This document shows, piece by piece, positions 18,052 through 27,314 of a stretch of 64,000 nucleotides of DNA. The DNA lies in the NCBI GenBank assembly GCA_036514715.1, contig DATBWR010000013.1, forward strand, positions 6,779 through 70,778, given 5' to 3'. The notes beneath the pieces were generated by a model. The model ran no database searches. It was not told the origin of the DNA and worked only from the letters and a program-made list of their open reading frames with translations. Positions within the stretch are counted from its first letter, which is position 1. Every line of letters begins with the position of its first letter. Made by a program: the position numbers and the translations under genes. Source of the stretch: Candidatus Nanoarchaeia archaeon. Lineage in GTDB: Bacteria; Patescibacteriota; Microgenomatia; Woykebacterales; RBG-16-39-9b.

Positions 18052-19239
18052 TTATTCTGGGTTTTCTTCCAAAGTCGCGGTTAGTTTAACTACCTTCCCG
18101 TCTCGATAGATCTCTAGGGGTATTTTCTGACCCACTTTTAATGAGTTGAGAATAGTGACAATATCATTATCTTCAGTTACCCTTTGGTCGTTGAGTTTGG
18201 TAATAATGTCACCGGCCACAACTGTGGCTTTTTCGGCTGGAGAACCGCCAGCAACGCGGCGCACAAAAGCTCCCTGGGGTACTCCCTGAACTTTAGCTAC
18301 GGCCGGGTCAATGGTCTGGTAAACTATGCCCAAGTAAGGTTTAATTATCCGCCCGTCCTTTTTGTATTGATCTAAAATCACCTTGACCCGGTCAATAGGA
18401 ATGACAAAACCGATGTTTTGGGCTTCAACCGAAATTGCAAAATTGACTCCGACAACTCTGCCTGAGAGATCCAGTAGTGGCCCTCCGGAATTACCGGGGT
18501 TTAGGGCGGCATCAGTTTGAATAATGTTTTGCAGAGTCTCCCGGGATTGGCCTGGACAACCACCACCACCAGCGGTTATTCCTCTACCCACTCCAGAAAC
18601 AACTCCAACTGTCACACTGTTTTGAAACTGCCCTAAAGCGTTACCAATAGCAATCACCTTTTGGCCTGGTTTAAGCACTGACGGGTCGCTGCTGCCCAGC
18701 TCTAAAGCGGGCAGGCTGCTTCCTTCGATTTTCAAGATGGCAATGTCGTTGGCTGGATCCAGATCAATTTTTTTGACGTCAAAGGTCTTTTGGTCTTTAG
18801 TCACCACTGCGTAATCAAGGGTTTTTTGGCAAACCACATGGTTGTTGGTGATAACAATTCCACTTTGGTCAATGATAAAACCCGTGCCAATCCCCTCTTG
18901 ATCAGTTACTGAGCCGCGGTCCGGATCAAAACTGACTGTTTTAGCCACAATAGAAACTACTGCCGGGGAAACTTTATCAACCACGTCAATAATAGCTGAT
19001 TCTTCAACTGTCCGAATTATTGTGCCACCGTCAGGAGTTTTTACTTCACTTACAGTCGGCCTGAGGAAATCAGGTAAGGAATCCTTAAACGGCAAACTTT
19101 GATACCAATTTGGATAATTGATCCCTAAGATCAAACCAACTACCAGAGTAAGAAAAAGAAGAATAAGTCCGGATAGAACTAGTGTCGCAGTCAACCAGTA
19201 TTTTTGAACCAAAGGATTTTGACGAAGTTTATCGAGCAT
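18052..19239 (-). CDS. HtrA/DegP-family serine protease (trypsin-like plus PDZ)
   Basis: GNSGGPLLD catalytic Ser motif, His/Asp triad, C-terminal PDZ, N-terminal TM. Start taken at internal MLDKLRQNP; the ORF track extends to 19311. Confidence 0.8.
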   Translation of the reverse strand: MLDKLRQNPLVQKYWLTATLVLSGLILLFLTLVVGLILGINYPNWYQSLPFKDSLPDFLRPTVSEVKTPDGGTIIRTVEESAIIDVVDKVSPAVVSIVAKTVSFDPDRGSVTDQEGIGTGFIIDQSGIVITNNHVVCQKTLDYAVVTKDQKTFDVKKIDLDPANDIAILKIEGSSLPALELGSSDPSVLKPGQKVIAIGNALGQFQNSVTVGVVSGVGRGITAGGGGCPGQSRETLQNIIQTDAALNPGNSGGPLLDLSGRVVGVNFAISVEAQNIGFVIPIDRVKVILDQYKKDGRIIKPYLGIVYQTIDPAVAKVQGVPQGAFVRRVAGGSPAEKATVVAGDIITKLNDQRVTEDNDIVTILNSLKVGQKIPLEIYRDGKVVKLTATLEENPE

Positions 19240-19349
19240 TTCTACTATTTTCCTAAATTGAAGAAGTTCAAACGAAATCTTGAGCTTCTTATATTTTACA
19301 CCAAAAAGCAAACTCGCAGAAAAAGGAAAGCTGACCGCTTTTTATGCAA

Positions 19350-19661
19350 TCAGCTTTGATCCCCTCCTGTATTTATTTCAGCCAGTCTTTTTTCGAGATA
19401 TTGGCCGGTTTTATCTCTCTCCGACTCTAGACGGGCTACCTCTCCATCTAGTCTCCTTAATAACTCTCTCCTTCTCAACGAAGCAAACTGCTCTGGCCAA
19501 TGTTTTCTCTGACATCGTGTACACTCTCTCTGGTTGGCTAGACTGATCTTCCCCATCGAGAAAAGAAGGGCGATTTCGCAAGTACCGCAATCCCCGTGAG
19601 CATGACCAGTAATTGGCGGGGGTTCAGTCTCGTTTGAAGCAACCAAATCTCTCTCCTTCAT
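19350..19661 (-). CDS. Small Cys-rich (CxxC...CxxC) zinc-finger protein
   Basis: 103 aa (GDCGTCE...CTRCQRKHW); overlaps the upstream gene by ATGA. Confidence 0.4.
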   Translation of the reverse strand: MKERDLVASNETEPPPITGHAHGDCGTCEIALLFSMGKISLANQRECTRCQRKHWPEQFASLRRRELLRRLDGEVARLESERDKTGQYLEKRLAEINTGGDQS

Positions 19662-20089
19662 TAAGAGTTAATTGGTAATGGTTTGGGTGTTATGATCCAC
19701 ACCCTTTGCATTTCCAGGTAAACCAATCCCTGAGTCTGCATCAGGGTGGAAACTTCCTCTTGGAACCGCGTACAATTCTCCTTGCTCCAGGTTCCCTCCA
19801 GTCTTGTAATTGGTTTGGAAAGACCAATCCCACGACTAGCTTCTCTCGATAGACGTTTACCCTTAAACTCGGGGGCCCTCACCAACTTAGCTGTTGGTTT
19901 CTCCGGATATCTGTTGGTAACACCGTAAGAGTGCATAAGACTGCAAACCTGGGCCCAGAAACTTTTCATCTCTTCTTCCGTCCATGGTGGTTCAGCTTTT
20001 TTGACCAAACCGTTTAGATCCACGAACCAATTACCAGTTTCGTCGGAAACAATACTTCCGAAAATGGGTCCCTCCTCCTTTTTGGACAT
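19661..20089 (-). CDS. Hypothetical protein
   Basis: 142-aa ORF, first gene of a two-gene unit with moderately elevated GC. Confidence 0.45.
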   Translation of the reverse strand: MSKKEEGPIFGSIVSDETGNWFVDLNGLVKKAEPPWTEEEMKSFWAQVCSLMHSYGVTNRYPEKPTAKLVRAPEFKGKRLSREASRGIGLSKPITRLEGTWSKENCTRFQEEVSTLMQTQGLVYLEMQRVWIITPKPLPINS

Positions 20090-20124
20090 AGAACACTTGC
20101 GCGCTCTGTTTCCAGTTTCTAGAC

Positions 20125-20151
20125 ATAAAAAAATAGCCCCGAAGGGCTATT
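20125..20151 (-). terminator. Intrinsic terminator / attenuator hairpin upstream of the 19661..20089 start
   Basis: Minus-strand RNA GAAUAGCCC-UUCG-GGGCUAUU followed by UUUUUUUAUG. Confidence 0.6.
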
Positions 20152-20199
20152 CCTCTATGTATTCAGTTTGTGGTAGTTTTGCCCACATACTGAAAATTT

Positions 20200-20229
20200 A
20201 TTCTAAACAACCCAGAGACTTTCTGTCAA
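20200..20229 (-). promoter_or_regulatory. Sigma70-like promoter TTGACA-N18-TAGAAT on minus strand
   Basis: Perfect -35 and 5/6 -10, read on the reverse complement. Confidence 0.5.
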
Positions 20230-20232
20230 CCC

Positions 20233-20275
20233 ACCAAAAAAGGAAAGGCACACTGTTTTTTCACAGATGTGCCTT
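20233..20275 (-). terminator. Intrinsic terminator of purC
   Basis: 12-bp bulged hairpin AAGGCACAUCUGU-GAAAAA-ACAGUGUGCCUU followed by UCCUUUUUUGG on the minus strand. Confidence 0.65.
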
Positions 20276-20287
20276 GCTGAAACGGCA

Positions 20288-21238
20288 TTAGTCAATGAGC
20301 CGCTTCTTGATCTCTTGGTAACGAGCGGCAGTTTCCGCAACTACTTCGGCCGGAAGTTTTGGAGCAGGAGGTTCGCGGTTCCAGCCTGATTTAATTCCCC
20401 AATCGCGAACGTACTGTTTGTCCATTGCCCTTTGAGGACGTCCAGGTTCGTAATCGTTCAAGTCCCAAAATCGGCTCGAGTCCGGAGTCAGGACTTCGTC
20501 GATTAGAATTACCTCTCGGGTTTCCTCGTCGATCCCAAACTCGAACTTAGCGTCGGCGATGATGACTCCTCGGCGCAGAGCGTACTCGGCTGCCATGTCG
20601 TAAATCGCCATACTTACTTCCAGTAAGACAGCGGCGGCGTTCTGGTCCTTGTCAAGGACAGACAAGAACTCTTCTTTGGTTAAGTTTTGGTCATGACCTA
20701 CCTGTGTCTTAGTTGTGGGAGTAAAGACCGGACGGGGTAGTCGATCTGAGTCCTTCCAACCAGCTTGGTAAGGGTTTCCGGCAATTATTACTCCGCGCTC
20801 TGAACCACCTTTTTCTTTGTATTCCGCGTAGAGCGAGCCAGTAATGTAACCGCGGACGATGCATTCCACCGGCAGTGGCTTTGCTCTGCGTACGATCATA
20901 GCTCTTGTAGCAATCTCCGGGCACTTGACCACACGTTTCCCTGCTGGAATACCCCATTCCAGAACTGGGCGCAGGTAATGGGTTTGGCAAATCCTTCCGA
21001 TCAACGGATGGGTCAGCCAAAAAGTGCTCATCTCGTTGAGCACCCCACCCTTGCCCGGAATGCCGTTGGGGTGAACAGAGTCGAAGGTTGAAATCCGGTC
21101 GGTGGCAACGATCAGTAAGGTCCTGTTACCCAGATCATAAGTGTCGCGCACCTTTCCTTGGTGAGTACACTGCAAACCTTTAGGCTCCAAGAACGGCCGA
21201 CTGTCGACCATCACCTCAGGAACAGCTGCGTTAGCCAA
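20288..21238 (-). CDS. purC: Phosphoribosylaminoimidazole-succinocarboxamide (SAICAR) synthase
   Basis: GKVRDTYDLGNRTLLIVATDRISTFD signature; 316 aa. Confidence 0.85.
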   Translation of the reverse strand: MANAAVPEVMVDSRPFLEPKGLQCTHQGKVRDTYDLGNRTLLIVATDRISTFDSVHPNGIPGKGGVLNEMSTFWLTHPLIGRICQTHYLRPVLEWGIPAGKRVVKCPEIATRAMIVRRAKPLPVECIVRGYITGSLYAEYKEKGGSERGVIIAGNPYQAGWKDSDRLPRPVFTPTTKTQVGHDQNLTKEEFLSVLDKDQNAAAVLLEVSMAIYDMAAEYALRRGVIIADAKFEFGIDEETREVILIDEVLTPDSSRFWDLNDYEPGRPQRAMDKQYVRDWGIKSGWNREPPAPKLPAEVVAETAARYQEIKKRLID

Positions 21239-21359
21239 CTTCCTGCTCCTCTCATTTCTTTTAGGATTTTTGGTTGTTAAGAATGCTTGAGGGCTCTTGC
21301 AAAATGCAAGACAATCCTAGTCTAACACAAATTAGCAAGAAATTTTCTTGATAGAGAAG

Positions 21360-21383
21360 ATATATGAATAGTTATTCATATAT
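21360..21383. repeat. 24-bp palindrome ATATATGAAT-AGTT-ATTCATATAT (copy b)
   Basis: Read directly; intergenic between ctpA end and purC start. Confidence 0.8.
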
Positions 21384-21439
21384 TTTTAAGAAAAAAGCCT
21401 GCTCTTTCATACTTCATCCTTCGCACTTCTTACTTAATT

Positions 21440-22651
21440 TTATTTGAGGAGTTCTTTGGCTTTTGAGAGTTGTGGGTCGCTGCCAGCAGCAATATCTTCT
21501 TCGGTTAACTCAACTTTCACATCTGGTTCCAAACCCTTACCGTGCACCCAAACGCCACTCGGCGTTAACCATTTGGCCACAGTAATATGCAAACCCGACC
21601 CGTCTTTAAGATCAACCACGGACTGCACTGTGCCTTTACCAAAACTTGCCTCACCTACTACCTTAGCCTTTTTCTGATCTTTTAAGGCACCGGCGACAAT
21701 TTCCGAAGCCGAGGCACTGCCTTTGTTGATTAATACTACTAACTCTACGCCTCGTAAGCGTCCGTCGCGGTCAGAATAAAAAGACTGTCGCTTGCCGTCA
21801 GCATCTTCTTGCATCACCACCACATCTGCCTTTTTCAAAAATTCGCTCGCGACGTAAATTGCGCTGTCCAGCCTTCCACCCGGGTTGTTACGAACATCTA
21901 AAACTAATTTTGAAATGCCTTTGGTGGCAATTTCGTTGACAACACTGTCCCATTCTTTATTAGTGTTGTCGCCGAAACGGTTAATTCTCACTATTCCGAT
22001 CTCTCCGTCAACCACAAGCTTAACGGTTTTGATGGTGATTGTTTCGCGCGTTATCTCAAATTCATGCTCTGCGTCAGCTTCTCCTCGCACTACAGCGAGT
22101 TTTACTTTGGTGCTTGCTTTACCGCGGATTAGCTTCACAGCTTCGGCAATGGACAGTTTTGCGGCATCTTTCCCGTCAATTTTCACAATCCTGTCACCTG
22201 CCAAAACACCGTTTTTCTCTGCAGGTGAGCCTTCCAAGGGGGAGATCACCACTAGTTGATTATCCTTAACCCCAAGTTCAATCCCCACTCCTTCGAAGGT
22301 GCCGGCAAGTTCAGAGTTAAAAGTTTGGTTAGACTCAGGGTCAAAATAAGAAGTGTAAGGGTCTCCGGCTGCTTCAACCAACCCGCGGAGAGCACCCTGC
22401 AGAAGTTTGTCGCCCTCTAAGGTTTTCTTATCTAAAAACTTGGAATTTAGCTCATCCCAGGTCTGCCAAAATGGTGCGAAATCAACATTGTCTTTAGAAT
22501 AAAGTTTGTTAAGAACGTCGTACTTGGGCTGACCTTCTGGTAAAAACGGCAGGCTAACGTTGCGCCCGACCCAAATCCCCAAACCAAGCAGGAATAAACT
22601 GACAACCAGTTTCGGAAAAAATTGATTGAATTGTTTTGCTTTTTCAGCCAT
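21440..22651 (-). CDS. Carboxyl-terminal processing protease (S41, with PDZ)
   Basis: S41 motif GSASASEIVAGAL, PDZ domain, N-terminal TM. Confidence 0.85.
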   Translation of the reverse strand: MAEKAKQFNQFFPKLVVSLFLLGLGIWVGRNVSLPFLPEGQPKYDVLNKLYSKDNVDFAPFWQTWDELNSKFLDKKTLEGDKLLQGALRGLVEAAGDPYTSYFDPESNQTFNSELAGTFEGVGIELGVKDNQLVVISPLEGSPAEKNGVLAGDRIVKIDGKDAAKLSIAEAVKLIRGKASTKVKLAVVRGEADAEHEFEITRETITIKTVKLVVDGEIGIVRINRFGDNTNKEWDSVVNEIATKGISKLVLDVRNNPGGRLDSAIYVASEFLKKADVVVMQEDADGKRQSFYSDRDGRLRGVELVVLINKGSASASEIVAGALKDQKKAKVVGEASFGKGTVQSVVDLKDGSGLHITVAKWLTPSGVWVHGKGLEPDVKVELTEEDIAAGSDPQLSKAKELLK

Positions 22652-22653
22652 GA

Positions 22654-23715
22654 TTAACTTAAGATTTCTAAATTCGCCGCTGGCGCTCCGGTCTTTTGGC
22701 CGGAGAGAAACTTAATTTGGGCAATTTCCGCTTCCAGCCCAGAGTTAAGAGCCTCTTCTTTAGGACTAAGTGCCTCCACTACACCCACCAACTCTTCTGA
22801 ATCAGGTTGGAAATAGCGCACCAAATCGCCCACGCGCAACTGCCGCCAAACTTCTCTTTTTATTTCCTTGGAAGTGACTGCCATTTCTTTTTCAGTCGGA
22901 ATGAAAATACTTTTTTCCAAACCATTGAAAAAGGCGTATCTGTCGCCCGCTTTGTTGAAAGCTTCGAAAATATCCTTACCCATACTCACAGTTCCAAAAC
23001 CCTCCGTGATAATAATCGTCACCCCAACGTCGCTTTGGATCCCCAAACTAACAAAATCCCGGTAATCAATACCACCAACCACAATCCCTCTAACTCCAAC
23101 AGTAAGAGCCTTTTCAATCGAGGCTCGATCGATATGGGCTCCACCAACAATAATTTTGCCTTGACAAGAGGCATCAATTTTCTGCGGGATAATAAACTCA
23201 CTGGGTTTAGCAACTATTTTAATTAGGCCCTCTCGTGCCTTGCCAATCCCAGAAGCCCCTTTGATTTCAGTACCAAAAGTTCTAATGCGGATGTAATCTT
23301 CTTTTATCTCGTTAACCACTCCGTTAGCACCAGCCACCAAGCGAAAGGGTGTGGGTAAAAATTTAACAATAATGTCACCGTTTTGGTCGGTGTCAGTAAT
23401 CACCCCGTCGGCCGGAGAGCGTAGCTCTCTCTTACCAACACCCAAAACGCCCCTCTTGCGGGCGATAATTTCACCTTGGTAAATGCGGTCTCCAACGCTA
23501 CGAAGCAGGTACTTTTTAACCTTCTTGGGGCTAACGCCAATCACGTGGGCAACTTTTACCAAACGCTGTCCGGCTGAAATTTCACAGTGGGCAACTACGG
23601 TCTCGATGTTTACTTTGTCACCGACCTTAACTGACGGTTGGCACTTTCCAACGAACTCTCTTACCAAATCAAACTGGTTATCAAGGCTCACACGGTGCCA
23701 AACCGGACAAATCAT
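22654..23715 (-). CDS. Conserved hypothetical protein (possible lipoyl/hybrid-barrel-like segment)
   Basis: 353 aa; RELRSPADGVITD resembles barrel motifs of membrane-fusion proteins; no firm family. Confidence 0.4.
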   Translation of the reverse strand: MICPVWHRVSLDNQFDLVREFVGKCQPSVKVGDKVNIETVVAHCEISAGQRLVKVAHVIGVSPKKVKKYLLRSVGDRIYQGEIIARKRGVLGVGKRELRSPADGVITDTDQNGDIIVKFLPTPFRLVAGANGVVNEIKEDYIRIRTFGTEIKGASGIGKAREGLIKIVAKPSEFIIPQKIDASCQGKIIVGGAHIDRASIEKALTVGVRGIVVGGIDYRDFVSLGIQSDVGVTIIITEGFGTVSMGKDIFEAFNKAGDRYAFFNGLEKSIFIPTEKEMAVTSKEIKREVWRQLRVGDLVRYFQPDSEELVGVVEALSPKEEALNSGLEAEIAQIKFLSGQKTGAPAANLEILS

Positions 23716-24761
23716 TCAATCACCCCCAATTTTGCGATTGCAGTCGCCCAGCCTTTCACAGCTTCCCTGCTTTCCGCTCTTCCAAAGGCCAACCGCAGTG
23801 GTTTGAGCCGACCATCAAGCATAATCCCAAACACCCCACCGCTCAGGGTAATTTTTTCTTTATTTTTAGAATCAAGAAAGGTGACTTTAACCTCTTGGTG
23901 AGCGCTAGTGGGTACCAAAGCAATTTCGTTTTCAACAATTGAGAGTTCCTGATTTTCCGTGTAACCCCAGTCAAGCATTACCCTTCCCTTTCCACCAAAA
24001 GAAATAAAAGCACCCAGATCCTGCAAAAAATCTGTTTCCAGATCGCCAAATTTTGGGTTATGAGCAACTAGCGCCCCGAAACTATGAGCAAACAATTTAG
24101 TGTCAACCTTGACTTGAGCTACACGCCCGGCAAATAAGATGTCGGCAATAATTAAACCAAGTTTCGCCTTGTTAGGCGCTAAAGAAATAAAAGAGCCGGT
24201 AATAACCGTGTTAACTACTCCGCGGGCGTTAAGAAACTCTCGATTACTGGCAAAGCTTAAGCGCAAGAAGGCTTCCTCAAACTCAAGTTCTGCCTGAGAT
24301 ATCGGTACTGCGCGAGGGTGCAAGGACTTGTTGCCAAAATAATTTTCAATATCAACTTCGCTAACTTCAGTTGTTAAAAAAGCCCCCAAGCTGCCAACCT
24401 TGGTGTTGGCTGAGTAAGAGTAATCACCAGCATCAAGTACGACCGGTTTTTTAAAGCCATGGTTGTCGAGATAACTCCCAAGAGCTTTTTTGGCAGCCTC
24501 TTCAGAAACGAAAACAACCGAGAGGCTCTTGGCTAAATCCTCTGCTTCAGCCAAAGAGCCGGTCAAAATCACTTTTGTTTCGCTACCCGCTTTTAAACTT
24601 TTTACTAGCTCGCTGTAAGAAAGGGGGGTGTCTCCAGTGGAAGTTGGCAAGCTCTGTCTTTTCTCGATAATGAGGTTGTTTTTATCGACGCTGACAAGAA
24701 AGGCTTTAGTCCAAGATCTGCCAATATCAACAATAAGGGTTTTTGGGAAGGATTCACTCAT
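23712..24761 (-). CDS. Putative actin-like ATPase (ASKHA superfamily) protein
   Basis: N-terminal LIVDIGRSWTKAFLV phosphate-1-like motif; 349 aa; overlaps the downstream gene by 4 nt. Confidence 0.4.
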   Translation of the reverse strand: MSESFPKTLIVDIGRSWTKAFLVSVDKNNLIIEKRQSLPTSTGDTPLSYSELVKSLKAGSETKVILTGSLAEAEDLAKSLSVVFVSEEAAKKALGSYLDNHGFKKPVVLDAGDYSYSANTKVGSLGAFLTTEVSEVDIENYFGNKSLHPRAVPISQAELEFEEAFLRLSFASNREFLNARGVVNTVITGSFISLAPNKAKLGLIIADILFAGRVAQVKVDTKLFAHSFGALVAHNPKFGDLETDFLQDLGAFISFGGKGRVMLDWGYTENQELSIVENEIALVPTSAHQEVKVTFLDSKNKEKITLSGGVFGIMLDGRLKPLRLAFGRAESREAVKGWATAIAKLGVIE

Positions 24762-24767
24762 TATTAA

Positions 24768-25019
24768 CTATCTGACTGATACTGTAAACGGAAGTAAGCC
24801 CAGGTAGCGGCTGCGTTTTATGGCTGTGCTCAAAATCCTCTGGTGTTTAAAACAAACTCCGCTTCGGGCGCGGGCGACAATTTTCCCGCGATCGCTTACG
24901 AAACGGCGCAACCCAACAACGTCTTTGAAATCTGGGCTTATTTCTTCTTTGCAGAAAAGGCAGTATTTTCTCCGAGCAGGTTTAAGGTTTTCACTTCGTG
25001 TTCTAGTTCTTTCCAACAT
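24768..25019 (-). CDS. rpsR: Ribosomal protein S18
   Basis: CLFCKEEI...RRFVSDRGKI...RILSTAIKRSRYLGLLPF. Confidence 0.85.
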   Translation of the reverse strand: MLERTRTRSENLKPARRKYCLFCKEEISPDFKDVVGLRRFVSDRGKIVARARSGVCFKHQRILSTAIKRSRYLGLLPFTVSVR

Positions 25020-25021
25020 AA

Positions 25022-25603
25022 TTAAAAAGGAATATCGTCAATGTTAATTTCGTCACTATCTTCTTTAGGTTTTTCTTCCGCCTCATCTTTCGAAGCGGGT
25101 TCTTTTTCTTCTTTTTTACCCTTTGACTTCTTGCCTTTTTCCTCTTTTTCTTCTTTTCCTTCAGTCTCTTTCACTCCACTGGCAACTTCCTGAGACTCAC
25201 TACCGACTGAAGAGGTTTCCTCAGTACGTTCCTCACCAGTATCAGCTCCGGAGGCAAAATCGCGTCTGGAGTCTAGTAGAACCATGTCTTCAGCAACTAT
25301 CTCAGTTGCCTGGCGTTTTTCACCTTCCGGACCTTCCCAACTGCGGGTTTGCAGTCTACCCTCAATGTAAACCTTGCGGCCCTTGGAAAGCAGTTGGCTG
25401 CAAAGTTCAGCTAGTTTATTCCAAGCAACAATACGGTGAAACTCGGTTTCTTCTCTTCTCTCACCACCATCAGTTGGCTGCCAACTGCGGTTGGTAGCTA
25501 TACCAAAAGAACAAACCGCCGCACCATTAGGAGTGTAGCGCATTTCCGGATCCCGAGTGAGGTTTCCGATTAACATAACTTTGTTTAATGAACGTGTCGA
25601 CAT
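25022..25603 (-). CDS. ssb: Single-stranded DNA-binding protein
   Basis: OB fold, acidic tail ending DDIPF. Confidence 0.85.
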   Translation of the reverse strand: MSTRSLNKVMLIGNLTRDPEMRYTPNGAAVCSFGIATNRSWQPTDGGERREETEFHRIVAWNKLAELCSQLLSKGRKVYIEGRLQTRSWEGPEGEKRQATEIVAEDMVLLDSRRDFASGADTGEERTEETSSVGSESQEVASGVKETEGKEEKEEKGKKSKGKKEEKEPASKDEAEEKPKEDSDEINIDDIPF

Positions 25604-25615
25604 TTTGTTCCTCCC

Positions 25616-25975
25616 TTAACGTACCACTAATTCATCTAATTTCTTGACTGTGGCTACCTTTAACTTTTTCTTACTAACTTTACTCGGCTTTTGCCTTACG
25701 ATAACAATAAAACGTAAAATAGCCTCTTCAATTCTCAAAGTATCAGTAAGAATTTTGGGTAAACTCTCTTCGCCGCTAAAGGTTACCAGGTGGTAGTAAG
25801 CATTTTTGTTCTTCTTAATTGGATAGGCAAGGGCTCGCTTACCCCAAGCTTCCTCTTGGTCAACTTGACCCTTACTTTTTTCAATTGTCGCGGAAATTTC
25901 TTTAATCAACTCTTTCTGCGCGGCCTCTGAAGTTTCTTCGCCAAATGCAACCAGTAATTCGTAATTTTTAAGCAT
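25616..25975 (-). CDS. rpsF: Ribosomal protein S6
   Basis: MLKNYELLVAFGEE... Start taken at the internal Met; the ORF track extends to 26035. Confidence 0.8.
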   Translation of the reverse strand: MLKNYELLVAFGEETSEAAQKELIKEISATIEKSKGQVDQEEAWGKRALAYPIKKNKNAYYHLVTFSGEESLPKILTDTLRIEEAILRFIVIVRQKPSKVSKKKLKVATVKKLDELVVR

Positions 25976-26223
25976 AAGTTTGAAAAGGCAATTTCGTTTG
26001 CGAGTATAGCATAACATACTGCAAGCGACAAGCACGTTTGTGTGTAAACTAAAAATTCAAAGTTACGATAAGAATCGTTGCATTCGCTAACGCGAAAGTC
26101 AAAAGTAAACCTTGACTTCGTCAACGACTGCTTTTGACTAAGAAGTCAAAAGTTAAAAGTTTGCAAATCCTTCTACAACAAGCTATTATTGAGCCAATTC
26201 AAAACCAAGAAAGGCAGGGAGAA

Positions 26224-26649
26224 ATGGTCAATACTCAGCTCTTACGAGCTGCCTTAAAAGAGTGGCCAGACGAGCTCATCGCTGATCACTTCAAAGCGTG
26301 GAGAGTGGGAGGTTACCGCTACTGCGTAGTTGGCTGGCTTCACGAGTTCGCGCGCCGGCACGGCCGTTGTACACATCCGCCGAAAGAACGCCGCAGAGCA
26401 TTAGAGGTCGCAGCTACACAAAGGTGTATAGCCAAAGCCTTCGGTCTCCATGTCCACACGGTCCGAAGCTTGATGCACTACAACGACGACTACAAAGGCA
26501 AAAACCGTGGTCGAAGCTTGGCAATGTGGTGGCGGGTCGAAGCTGCTCTCCAGAGGTACATCCAAACCTACGTAAGCAAGCAAGCAGGCCAAGTGTTAGT
26601 ATCCACTGGCTTTGGGAGCGAAGAGGAGAAAGAACTGGTCACCGTCTAG
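26224..26649 (+). CDS. Hypothetical protein, high-GC island gene
   Basis: ~142 aa from Met at 26224 (RBS GGCAGGGAGAA); the AT-rich N-terminal extension in the ORF track is rejected; GC ~55%. Confidence 0.45.
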   Translation: MVNTQLLRAALKEWPDELIADHFKAWRVGGYRYCVVGWLHEFARRHGRCTHPPKERRRALEVAATQRCIAKAFGLHVHTVRSLMHYNDDYKGKNRGRSLAMWWRVEAALQRYIQTYVSKQAGQVLVSTGFGSEEEKELVTV

Positions 26650-26763
26650 TTCGAAACTAGCGGATCAAGGTCGTTATCAATCCGGTAACGGCCTTTTCTT
26701 TTTGCAAAAAGTTCCAAAAAGATTTATCATTTACGCAAAATTGAAAATTAAAGGAGTTAGATC

Positions 26764-26952
26764 GTGAAGGTAGCACTTTTCTTTGTGCTCGTTCTTATCG
26801 TGGGTTTGGCTGGCGTTTCCGTCTTCCAACAAGCAGTCGGCCCTGACAAATTCATGGTTTGGGGACCGATAATCGCCGGTGTCCTTTCCGTAGTGGCATT
26901 GGTCCTCGTCCTCAGAGGTTGGGTGCGAGAACCTAGAAAGGTCGTGAGATGA
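26764..26952 (+). CDS. Small membrane protein
   Basis: 62 aa, two hydrophobic helices; GTG start. Confidence 0.4.
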   Translation: MKVALFFVLVLIVGLAGVSVFQQAVGPDKFMVWGPIIAGVLSVVALVLVLRGWVREPRKVVR

Positions 26953-27314
26953 AAAAGTATCTGCTTGAAGTTTTGTTGTTGTACGGTGGTCTCATCGCTT
27001 TTAGCCTATTCCACATCTACCTTCTGCCGGAGCGCTTTCTAGTAATGCTCCTAGCAGAATTCATGGCCTTGGTAGTATTCATAACACAACCTAAGACAGG
27101 TTGGTATCTGCTACGCACCACTGGCATATCCGGGTCGGTTTGGATCATGGTTTTAGGTGTCTTAGCCACAGACCTAGCCGAAACTTGGCGCTGGCTGTTA
27201 GTAATCCTTGGAGGTATCGCTCTGTACCTCCTTTACTACTTCGGTACGCCAGAATTCTTTGAGGTGGTAAGAGATCTGAGGAGAGGTCAAAATAACCAAG
27301 CGGTTCAGCAATGA
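26949..27314 (+). CDS. Membrane protein
   Basis: 121 aa with 3-4 TM helices; overlaps the upstream gene by 4 nt. Confidence 0.45.
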   Translation: MKKYLLEVLLLYGGLIAFSLFHIYLLPERFLVMLLAEFMALVVFITQPKTGWYLLRTTGISGSVWIMVLGVLATDLAETWRWLLVILGGIALYLLYYFGTPEFFEVVRDLRRGQNNQAVQQ

